Assembly: GCA_964486215.1 (NCBI GenBank)
Contig: CAZALI010000003.1
Span: 15,534-79,533 of the forward strand
Length of the DNA stretch: 64,000 bases
Direction of reading: 5' to 3'
Source: an uncultured Muribaculaceae bacterium
Lineage (GTDB): Bacteria; Bacillota_I; Bacilli_A; RF39; UBA660
The first letter of the stretch is position 1; the number at the start of each line of letters is the position of its first letter. Under the pieces are notes generated by a model. That model saw only the letters and a list, made by a program, of their open reading frames with translations, searched no databases and was not told the DNA's origin. The position numbers and the translations under genes were made by a program. Shown here in pieces: positions 1 through 8,982 of the stretch.

Positions 1-1113
<1,113 letters not shown>

Positions 1114-1126
1114 TCATCTCTCCTTT

Positions 1127-1711
1127 TTAATTTATATTTACTTTTACACTTGCAGGACGAATTACTTTGTCATGCAATTTATATCCTTTTAATAATACTT
1201 CTAGTACTTCTTCATTCTTATGCCCTTCTACTTTATCAGTAATTAATGCTTCTTCTTGTTTAGGATCAAATATCTCACCAACTCTATTTATTTCTTCAAT
1301 ACCATATTTATTTAGTATTCCAACTAGAGTTGCATACATCAATTTAAATCCCTCTAAGAACTTAGATAACTCATCATTTAAATTATTATCATCTAACTTA
1401 ATAGCTCTTTCAAAGTTATCTGTAACACCTATTAATTCTCTTAAGATATCTTCATTGGCATACTTTAACATTCCAGATACTTCTTCATCTTTTCTCTTAC
1501 GATAGTTAATTAATTCCGCTTGCGCAAGTTTTACTTTATTTACTAATTCATTATTATTTTTATTAGCTGTTTCTAAATCATTAGTTAATTTAGTTACTTG
1601 AGCTTTTAGTTCATTTAATTCTTTAACTAATTTCTTGTTCTCTTCTACTAAATTTTTGCCTTTATTTTTAGGTTGTATTTTTTGTTTAATATTCTTATTT
1701 TCTTCTTTCAT
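1127..1711 (-). CDS. grpE: Nucleotide exchange factor GrpE
   Basis: 194 aa with an N-terminal coiled coil, NYRKRKDEE and a C-terminal beta domain. Position between hrcA and dnaK is canonical. Confidence 0.9.
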   Translation of the reverse strand: MKEENKNIKQKIQPKNKGKNLVEENKKLVKELNELKAQVTKLTNDLETANKNNNELVNKVKLAQAELINYRKRKDEEVSGMLKYANEDILRELIGVTDNFERAIKLDDNNLNDELSKFLEGFKLMYATLVGILNKYGIEEINRVGEIFDPKQEEALITDKVEGHKNEEVLEVLLKGYKLHDKVIRPASVKVNIN

Positions 1712-1720
1712 ATATACCTC

Positions 1721-2713
1721 TTAGTCATTCTCTATATTTTCTTTCATATACTCTAACATACTTAATACACGGTCGTAGTCCATTCTCTTAGGACCAATTA
1801 TAGCAATAGTACCTTCTTCGTTACCTTTTTTGAATGTAGACTTGATAACAGTAACATCATCTTCTATACCAGTTTCATCTCCGATATAGACTTTAATATT
1901 ATTATCTTCATCTTCTTCGATTTTTTGTAAGAAGTCTGGACTATCTAGACGATTATATACTTCCTTAATTCTTTTAACATTAGTAGTAAACTCTGGTTGC
2001 TCTAGAATCTTTTCTCTACCAACAATATTTACTTCTTCTTTATTAAAGTCATTAAATACTGAATAGAAAGCATTATATAGTTTTTCATGTTGTACTACGT
2101 ACTTGGCTATAATAGGCTTTATTTCAAACTCTAACTTTTTATTTACTTCATCTATTGGTGTACCTACTATTAAGGTATTTATCAAGTTAACAGTTTTCTT
2201 AATATCACTAGTATCAACATTTTCTAGTTTGATATTTTTGTGTTCAACGTAGCCTCTATCAGTTACTATTAGTACTATTAGTGAACTATTATCTATTGGA
2301 ACTACTTCTATTTGTTTTAATAAGTTATCATGTGATTTAGCTCCTAAAGCAATAGTTGTATAGTTAGTCATATCTGATATTACTTGAAGAGATTTAGATA
2401 TTACATCTGATAAAGCTAATTGCTTATTTTGAAGAACAATTTGTAATTTCATCATGTCTTCAGAATCCATCTTTTTCTCTTCCATTAAATTATCTACGTA
2501 ATAACGATAACCTGCTTCACTAGGTACTCTTCCACTAGATGTATGAGTTTTTTCAATTAGTTTTTTATTTTCTAATTCTACCATGTCATTTCTAATAGTA
2601 GCACTTGAACAATTTAACATTTTAGATAACATCTTAGATCCTACTGGTACAGGATTCTTAATATACTTATCTACTATTATTTTTAGTATTTGTTCTTGTC
2701 TATTAGTTAGCAT
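1721..2713 (-). CDS. hrcA: Heat-inducible transcription repressor HrcA
   Basis: 330 aa with an N-terminal winged-helix region (VGSKMLSKML..SSATIRNDMVELE). CIRCE operators lie directly upstream. Confidence 0.9.
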   Translation of the reverse strand: MLTNRQEQILKIIVDKYIKNPVPVGSKMLSKMLNCSSATIRNDMVELENKKLIEKTHTSSGRVPSEAGYRYYVDNLMEEKKMDSEDMMKLQIVLQNKQLALSDVISKSLQVISDMTNYTTIALGAKSHDNLLKQIEVVPIDNSSLIVLIVTDRGYVEHKNIKLENVDTSDIKKTVNLINTLIVGTPIDEVNKKLEFEIKPIIAKYVVQHEKLYNAFYSVFNDFNKEEVNIVGREKILEQPEFTTNVKRIKEVYNRLDSPDFLQKIEEDEDNNIKVYIGDETGIEDDVTVIKSTFKKGNEEGTIAIIGPKRMDYDRVLSMLEYMKENIEND

Positions 2714-2726
2714 AAGATCACCTATT

Positions 2727-2753
2727 CTAGCACTAGTATTTTTGAAGTGCTAA
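2727..2753 (-). promoter_or_regulatory. CIRCE operator 1 (HrcA binding site)
   Basis: CTAGCACTA-N9-AAGTGCTAA against the consensus TTAGCACTC-N9-GAGTGCTAA. It lies 14 nt upstream of the hrcA start. Confidence 0.85.
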
Positions 2754-2772
2754 TTGTATTGTAGAGTATATT

Positions 2773-2799
2773 TTAGCACTTGTCAATACTTTGTGCTAA
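2773..2799 (-). promoter_or_regulatory. CIRCE operator 2 (second, more degenerate copy)
   Basis: TTAGCACTT-N9-TTGTGCTAA inverted repeat, 19 nt upstream of CIRCE 1. Confidence 0.7.
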
Positions 2800-2811
2800 C
2801 TTTTTCAAAAT

Positions 2812-2839
2812 AAAAAATAGTAACCGTAAAGTTACTATT
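2812..2839 (-). terminator. Rho-independent terminator after the 598-aa gene
   Basis: Stem AATAGTAAC/GTTACTATT (2816-2824 / 2831-2839) with a 6-nt loop, followed on the minus strand by a T-run. Confidence 0.7.
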
Positions 2840-2845
2840 TATTTA

Positions 2846-4642
2846 TTATCTACAATCACTGGCTCCATGACAATCACGATCGTTAGAGTATTCTCTTTCA
2901 CCAGATGAAGAACTACTTGATGAACTACTTGATGATGATGAAGAACTACTTGATGATGACCAATAAGATGCTCCATGATCTGATAGAACTCTATGACTCC
3001 AAGCATTTGTCCAAGCATTATAGTAAGCATTACTTGATGGTGGAGTTACTCCATTACTACCATCGCAACTTGATCCAGTATCACTATATACGCTTGTCCA
3101 ACCACTTCCATTCCATTCATACAATCTGTAGCCACTATGATCTTCATCACATACTCTATCACCTTCTGGGTGTAGACTATAATCAATACTATCAGCATAA
3201 TAATACTTACCATTATATTTTCCTAATCCATAAGCTGTAGTCTTTGTGTCTGCAGCTGCGGCTTCCCTATTTACATATGGTAATGAACTAATAGCGGCAC
3301 TAGGTACTGTAGATGATGTTGAACCACTTGATGAACCGCTAGATCCTGATGAAGTAGTTGATCCTGAAATTGCTGGCCAGTAAGATGCACCTTTATCTGG
3401 TAGTGTTCTATGAGACCAGGCATCAGCAAATGCTGAACTCATTTGATTTATAACTTCTTTTTCTTCTTTTAGAATCCAAGCACTTCCATTCCAGATATAT
3501 CTTCTATAATATGTAGTATCTACTTGTGTTGTTGCCCACTCATATTTTTCAGCATAATTGTATGTTCCATCATAGTATCCTAATCCATAGTCAGCTGTAT
3601 AACTTAGGTTACCATCTTTATATGGTAGAGAATCTTTACTAGTTGATGGTTTAGTTACTTGTCCTGTTGGATTTGTCGATGGAGTTGTTCCTGTTATAGT
3701 TGATGCACCATGATCTTCTTTAGTTGAATTTTTCCATACTGTTGTCCAAGCATCATAGTATGGACTATAGGAAATATTCCCTTGAGTATTACTTGGTGGA
3801 TATCCATCTCCTCCACCAGCACTACCACTACTGTAGATTTGAACCCATTCACTTCCATTATATTTGAATAGTCTATATCCTACCCAATCATCATGATCTA
3901 AATTTCCAGTATATTCACGATAGATTCTATCGGCATAATAATATTCAGAATTATATACTCCTAAGGCATATTCTTGTGTTCCATACTTTCCTGTTTTTTC
4001 AATATAAGGTAATTGACGCAAACTTACATCAGGCTTATTACTTGGTGTACTTGATGTTACCTTTGCAAATGTATGCTTGCTATCTGCATCTGAAACCAAT
4101 TTTATTGAAGCACGTGCTGTTGATGGGCCTTTTGCACATTCAAACCTTTGAAGATCATTAGTCATAATATTACTTACTCCAGAATCAGTTAAACTAGTGC
4201 CCTCTACTTTTCCTGATTCTGAACTAAATTTATCACATGCAAGAGCAGAATCTACAATTACAGTATTTCTATCTTGAGTACTTTCACAACTAACATCTGT
4301 ACACACTTTAAAATTACCACTGGTTGGAGTGCTTTCTGTTAATTTAAAATATAATTGAACTGTTGCGTCTAAGTAAACCAAGAAGGATTTATTATAACTT
4401 CCATTTACTTCGATTCTATACCACCCATTTTGTTTTGTTTCAAATGATCCAGAATTTGTAAATATAGCAGAATTACTTGAATGCCTATTTAAATTATCTT
4501 CTATTTCTTTTATTAATCCTTTTGTATTTACCCTAGTATTTGCCATAATACCCATCAATACAGCTACTGTTAATATTCCCATTATTGATAAGCCATATAA
4601 CATAGTTGTTATAGCAAAACCTTTATTATTTCTCATATACAT
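2846..4642 (-). CDS. Prepilin-like N-terminus fused to a triple-repeat, poly-Ser-tailed extracellular protein of unknown family
   Basis: RBS GGAGAG favours the second ATG (4634-4636), giving MRNNKG|FAITTMLYGLSIMGILTVAVLMGIM. This is a short basic leader, then Gly-Phe, then a hydrophobic helix. No Glu at +5, as in ComGG-type minor pseudopilins. Three ~100-aa modules follow (aa 208-316, 338-422, 452-561), then 19 Ser. Confidence 0.6.
   Translation of the reverse strand: MYMRNNKGFAITTMLYGLSIMGILTVAVLMGIMANTRVNTKGLIKEIEDNLNRHSSNSAIFTNSGSFETKQNGWYRIEVNGSYNKSFLVYLDATVQLYFKLTESTPTSGNFKVCTDVSCESTQDRNTVIVDSALACDKFSSESGKVEGTSLTDSGVSNIMTNDLQRFECAKGPSTARASIKLVSDADSKHTFAKVTSSTPSNKPDVSLRQLPYIEKTGKYGTQEYALGVYNSEYYYADRIYREYTGNLDHDDWVGYRLFKYNGSEWVQIYSSGSAGGGDGYPPSNTQGNISYSPYYDAWTTVWKNSTKEDHGASTITGTTPSTNPTGQVTKPSTSKDSLPYKDGNLSYTADYGLGYYDGTYNYAEKYEWATTQVDTTYYRRYIWNGSAWILKEEKEVINQMSSAFADAWSHRTLPDKGASYWPAISGSTTSSGSSGSSSGSTSSTVPSAAISSLPYVNREAAAADTKTTAYGLGKYNGKYYYADSIDYSLHPEGDRVCDEDHSGYRLYEWNGSGWTSVYSDTGSSCDGSNGVTPPSSNAYYNAWTNAWSHRVLSDHGASYWSSSSSSSSSSSSSSSSSSSGEREYSNDRDCHGASDCR
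2903..2959 (-). repeat. Poly-serine coding tract (19 Ser) containing two perfect 20-nt direct repeats
   Basis: GATGAAGAACTACTTGATGA occurs at 2904-2923 and 2937-2956, a 33-nt in-frame period. Ser codons are mixed (TCA/AGT/TCT). Confidence 0.9.
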
Positions 4643-4663
4643 CTCTCCTCTAGTATAATTTTA

Positions 4664-5209
4664 TCATAATACCTTTAGAATTTGTATATGCTTGTCACTA
4701 TATTTCTTGTCTACTTTACAAGTATATACATCTGGGTAGATAATCTTATCTAAATCATTACTTTCACATATAATTAGTCCATCTTTGCTTAATAGATTAT
4801 ATTCATCAATTAACTTTATACTTTCTTCTATATAATTTGTTTTATACGGAGGATCTAAGAAGATTATATCTAGCTTTATATCATTATCTTTTAGATATTT
4901 TAAAGCTTGTTTATAATCTTTTTTTATTACTTGAGCATTACTAATATCTAAATTATTAATATTTTTCTTTATAATATCTATGGCTTTAGGATTATTATCT
5001 ACTAAGTATGAGTATTTAGCTCCTCTACTTAATGCTTCTATTCCTAGATTACCTGATCCTGAGAATAAATCTAATACTACTTTATCTGGTAAATCAAAAT
5101 TAATTATATTAAATAGATTTTCTTTTACTCTATCTTGAGTAGGTCTAGTACCAGATATATCATAGCCTAAAATATTTCTTCCTTTATATATACCGCTAAT
5201 TATTTTCAT
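4664..5209 (-). CDS. rsmD: 16S rRNA (guanine966-N2)-methyltransferase RsmD
   Basis: 181 aa with the SAM-binding LDLFSGSGNLGIEALSRGA and the DPPY motif. Confidence 0.85.
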   Translation of the reverse strand: MKIISGIYKGRNILGYDISGTRPTQDRVKENLFNIINFDLPDKVVLDLFSGSGNLGIEALSRGAKYSYLVDNNPKAIDIIKKNINNLDISNAQVIKKDYKQALKYLKDNDIKLDIIFLDPPYKTNYIEESIKLIDEYNLLSKDGLIICESNDLDKIIYPDVYTCKVDKKYSDKHIQILKVL

Positions 5210-5490
5210 AAGTTACAACTCTTATCTCCTTTTATTTTTTTTAATTCTTTATTTATGGACATAATTAAAATATTAAGATTAATTTCTTTATCTTTATATT
5301 TGTTAAATAATTCATTAGATAATATTTCTTCTTTTATTTTTTCATCTTTAGTTAGATTATACTTTTCTATTAAAGATAATAAATGATCATCTCTTTCTAC
5401 TTCTTTTTGTATTTCTTTAATTTCTTTTACTTCTTTAGTATTATCTAATTCTTTTTTTAAGTCATCTACTAAATCCATTAATTCATTCAT
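5206..5490 (-). CDS. YlbF/YmcA-like small helical protein
   Basis: About 94 aa, coiled-coil rich with a C-terminal Cys. The true start is probably MNELMDLV (ATG 5488-5490), because the upstream ATGAGGTG is the RBS. Family assignment is tentative. Confidence 0.4.
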   Translation of the reverse strand: MNELMDLVDDLKKELDNTKEVKEIKEIQKEVERDDHLLSLIEKYNLTKDEKIKEEILSNELFNKYKDKEINLNILIMSINKELKKIKGDKSCNL

Positions 5491-5528
5491 ATGACACCTC
5501 ATAATTATTTTAACATAAAAAAGATGAC

Positions 5529-8057
5529 TTATTTTAGAAAGTCATCTATTGTCATTAGTCTATCATCTATTTCTTCTAGATTTACTTGTTCTTTCATAGG
5601 TGTCTTTTCTTCTTCTACTTCTTCTTTTTTATCTTTACCTTTCTTTTCTAAATCTTTTACGATGAAGGCTGATATTATTTTATGTTTACTTATGTTTGTT
5701 CCAGTAGAATATCTATCAGAAATAGGAAGCTCTGTTACTTTTATTTCATTAATATCATTATTCTTTAAACCGATAGTTACTTTATTATCTGTTGTGAAAG
5801 AATTTATTACTTTATATGGAGATGCTTTTACTTCTCTTATTATTTGTAATCCTCTACGTGCTCTAGACATCTCACTAAATTCAGTTAGTCTTACTCTTTT
5901 ACCTGTTCCTCTATCAGTTATAACACTTAAGAATTCTTCTTCTGTATATGAGAAGTTGTTTATAGATACAACATTATCATCTTTTAGTTTAATAGCTTTA
6001 ACGCCACTAGTCTTTGGACCTACTAGAGGTATTTCTTCAGATTTAAATGTTAGACCATAACCAGAATCTGTAGAGATAAAGATATGAGACTTTTCTTCTT
6101 TTATGGCAGCTATTACTTCATCATTATCTTTTAGTTTCATACATAGAGCTGGTTTATTATATCTAGTTAATTTTAGACTATTTAATTCAGTCTTTTTAAT
6201 CATACCATCTTTAGTACCAATAATTATATTGAAGTTATCTTTAAAGTCATAAGCAGGAATTGATGAGATTACTTCTTCTCCTGGAGCTAGTGGAATAACA
6301 TTACTTACATGTTTTGGCATATCTTTCCATTTTAAATCAGGTATTAAATGTACTGGCAAGTATAAGTAATTACCTTGATTTGTGAATATAAGAAGTGTAT
6401 CTGTTGTGTTCATCTCATACATACCTATGATATAGTCGTTATCTTTTAGAGTTAGATCATCACTATTTGATGAAGAATAACTTCTAGTAGATGTACGTTT
6501 AATATAACCATCTTTAGTTACTAGTACAATGACATCTTCTTTATTAATCATTTCTTTTTCATCTATTTTTATTTCTGTTATTTCATCTACAATATTAGTT
6601 AAACGTGGAGTAACATACTCTTTATTTATTTCTTTTAAGTCACGCTTCATTACAGACTTTAATACTTTTTCATTACCTAGAATTTCTTTTAGTTTTTCAA
6701 TAATAGTCTTCAGTCTTTCCATTTCTTCTTCTAATTCAGTTACATCTGTATTAGATAGACGATATAATTGCAATGTTATAATAGCTTCTGCTTGTTTATC
6801 AGAAAAGCCAAATTTAATTATTAAGTTTTCTTTAGCATCAGCTCTATTTTTAGATGATCTAATTACTTTTATTACTTCATCTAGAATAGATATACATTTA
6901 ATTAGACCTTCTACGATATGGAATCTTTCTTCAGCATGAGCTAAGTCAAATTCTGTTCTACGACGTACTACTTCCCTTTGATGAGCTATAAAAGCATCTA
7001 ATGCTTCTCGTAAGCCCAAATACTTTGGTCTTCTATTTACAATAGCTACAGTATTAAAACTATAACTTATCTGCATATCAGTATTCTTTAGTAAGTAATT
7101 TACTATTAAATCAGTATTAGCTGTTTTCTTTAATTCAATTACGATTCTTACGTCTGTTGTGGACTCATCTCTTACTTCTGTTATACCATCTAGTTTTTTA
7201 TCTAGACGAATATCATCTATCTTTTTAACTAGTAACGATTTATTTACTTCAAATGGTATTTCGGTAATAATTATTTGCTTGTTAGGTTTATCATTTATTT
7301 CATACTTAGACTTTAAGATGATTCTGCCTTTTCCAGTAGTATAAGCATCTTTCAAGCCAGCTTTTCCTTCGATAGTTCCACCTGTTGGGAAGTCTGGTCC
7401 TTTTACTATTTCCATTAATTCTTCTAAAGTAGAGTTTGGATGATCTATTCTATAAATTGTTGCGTCTACTACTTCATTTAAGTTATGAGGTGGAATATTA
7501 GTAGCATATCCAGCAGATATTCCTTGAGCTCCATATACTAGAAGTGCTGGGAAACGAGCTGGTAAGACAGTTGGTTCCATTACAGTGTCATCAAAGTTAG
7601 GAGCAAATTCAACTGTATCTTTACCAATATCTCGTAACATTTCATTGGCTATCTTAGATAGACGAGCTTCAGTATAACGATAAGCTGCAGGAGAGTCACC
7701 ATCAATTGATCCATTATTACCATGCATATCGATATATGGAAGTCTTGTCTTCCAAGGTTGACTCATTCTGACCATAGCATCATAGATGGATGTATCTCCA
7801 TGTGGATGGTAATTACCTATAACATCTCCGACTGTTTTAGCAGATTTTCTATAGCCGTGATCATAAGTATTCTTTTCTTTATGCATAGAATAAAGTATTC
7901 TTCTTTGAACTGGCTTTAGTCCATCTCTGGCATCAGGAATAGCACGATCTTGGATAATATACTTAGAGTATGATCCAAAACGCTCTCCCATAATGTCTTC
8001 TAGAGTATAGTCAAATATTTTTTCTATTACTTCTTGTACTGTTTTCTTTTTTGGCAT
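5529..8057 (-). CDS. parC: DNA topoisomerase IV subunit A
   Basis: 842 aa with RFGSYSKYIIQDRAIPDARDGLKPVQRRILYSM and the catalytic-Tyr region AAYRYTEARL. Very close to Bacillus ParC and paired with parE. Confidence 0.9.
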   Translation of the reverse strand: MPKKKTVQEVIEKIFDYTLEDIMGERFGSYSKYIIQDRAIPDARDGLKPVQRRILYSMHKEKNTYDHGYRKSAKTVGDVIGNYHPHGDTSIYDAMVRMSQPWKTRLPYIDMHGNNGSIDGDSPAAYRYTEARLSKIANEMLRDIGKDTVEFAPNFDDTVMEPTVLPARFPALLVYGAQGISAGYATNIPPHNLNEVVDATIYRIDHPNSTLEELMEIVKGPDFPTGGTIEGKAGLKDAYTTGKGRIILKSKYEINDKPNKQIIITEIPFEVNKSLLVKKIDDIRLDKKLDGITEVRDESTTDVRIVIELKKTANTDLIVNYLLKNTDMQISYSFNTVAIVNRRPKYLGLREALDAFIAHQREVVRRRTEFDLAHAEERFHIVEGLIKCISILDEVIKVIRSSKNRADAKENLIIKFGFSDKQAEAIITLQLYRLSNTDVTELEEEMERLKTIIEKLKEILGNEKVLKSVMKRDLKEINKEYVTPRLTNIVDEITEIKIDEKEMINKEDVIVLVTKDGYIKRTSTRSYSSSNSDDLTLKDNDYIIGMYEMNTTDTLLIFTNQGNYLYLPVHLIPDLKWKDMPKHVSNVIPLAPGEEVISSIPAYDFKDNFNIIIGTKDGMIKKTELNSLKLTRYNKPALCMKLKDNDEVIAAIKEEKSHIFISTDSGYGLTFKSEEIPLVGPKTSGVKAIKLKDDNVVSINNFSYTEEEFLSVITDRGTGKRVRLTEFSEMSRARRGLQIIREVKASPYKVINSFTTDNKVTIGLKNNDINEIKVTELPISDRYSTGTNISKHKIISAFIVKDLEKKGKDKKEEVEEEKTPMKEQVNLEEIDDRLMTIDDFLK

Positions 8058-8061
8058 TTTA

Positions 8062-8904
8062 TCACTGCTTTCTATCTTCTATATATTTCATATTTAAATT
8101 GTTACTTTCATTAACAATATTCTTTCCTAATTTTCTTTCTAAATCTTTTTTTGTATTATTAGCTATATTTCCACCAACCTCTGATATTAATTTATTCTGT
8201 TCTAAACCAATCGGATTATGGACTTTAGTTAATTCCCTCGTAGCAGTCTCACCTATACTAGTTAATAATACTTCTAGGTCTGACATATTATCTCGTAATG
8301 ATTCTTTGCGTATTCCTTTATACTTTTTGTATTCTATGGCTGTCATACCAGACCAACTTTTATATATTTCATTAGTTAATATGGCATATTCATTAGAATC
8401 ACTTATACCATGATTTTCCCAGGTCTTTGTCAACTTTTTTCTTTCAATAATAGATATTGTTCTTTTTAATACCCATTCTAATGTATAACCACGTGCTTGA
8501 TAGTAATCTATCATTTTATCTATACCAATTGATGGATCAAATATTGAATCAATTTCTCTTTTTCCTAGGGAAGCTAACCATAGTTTGAATGGTTCTGCTT
8601 TTGGAGATGGAATTGATTCAATTAATCTTAATATACCTTCTGTATTTAAAGTATCTGTTTTATAGTATTTTCCATCTTTTGATGATTTAATTTTTAGTTG
8701 TACGATATTTTCGTACAACTGGCTTCCTTCTAATTCTAGCTTTTTCTTTAGATCTGACCAATATCTTCTGGGAATTTTACTTTCTGTTAGTGCACTCACT
8801 ACATCTATGATACTAAAATAGTAGTCACTTTTTTCACTATTCCAAACACTTCTTATTTCTTTTTCTTCGAATAAATTTGAAATTACTTGTAACTTGTTAT
8901 TCAT
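8062..8904 (-). CDS. Bro-N domain protein, DinD (DNA-damage-inducible protein D)-like
   Basis: 280 aa with an N-terminal Bro-N-like region (IRSVWNSEKSDYYFSIIDVVSALTES). The C-terminal half parallels E. coli DinD as I recall it. The TGA stop lies 4 nt before the parC ATG. Confidence 0.6.
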   Translation of the reverse strand: MNNKLQVISNLFEEKEIRSVWNSEKSDYYFSIIDVVSALTESKIPRRYWSDLKKKLELEGSQLYENIVQLKIKSSKDGKYYKTDTLNTEGILRLIESIPSPKAEPFKLWLASLGKREIDSIFDPSIGIDKMIDYYQARGYTLEWVLKRTISIIERKKLTKTWENHGISDSNEYAILTNEIYKSWSGMTAIEYKKYKGIRKESLRDNMSDLEVLLTSIGETATRELTKVHNPIGLEQNKLISEVGGNIANNTKKDLERKLGKNIVNESNNLNMKYIEDRKQ

Positions 8905-8982
8905 CTGTCCTCCTATGTATGACTCTTTTTAATTTACTCTATCACACATAGTTTCGATAAACAATCGAACAGACTGATTATT

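Noticed and set aside
1167-1505. Plus-strand ORFs of 60-190 aa lying inside minus-strand genes, for example 1167-1505, 5491-6060, 6529-6939, 8051-8413, 9734-10009, 12732-12956, 13659-13919, 38667-38954 and 49543-49821.
   Set aside because: They are antisense shadows of well-supported genes. Their products are low-complexity Ser/Leu/Ile/Phe strings with no RBS or family resemblance, as expected by chance in AT-rich DNA.
2839-3240. Alternative-frame ORFs over the poly-Ser and repeat region of the 598-aa gene (2839-3030 minus, 2905-3240 plus), rich in His/Gln/Val or Tyr/Leu/Met.
   Set aside because: They arise from the repetitive Ser-codon DNA read out of frame. They lack RBS support, and the main frame has coherent domain structure.
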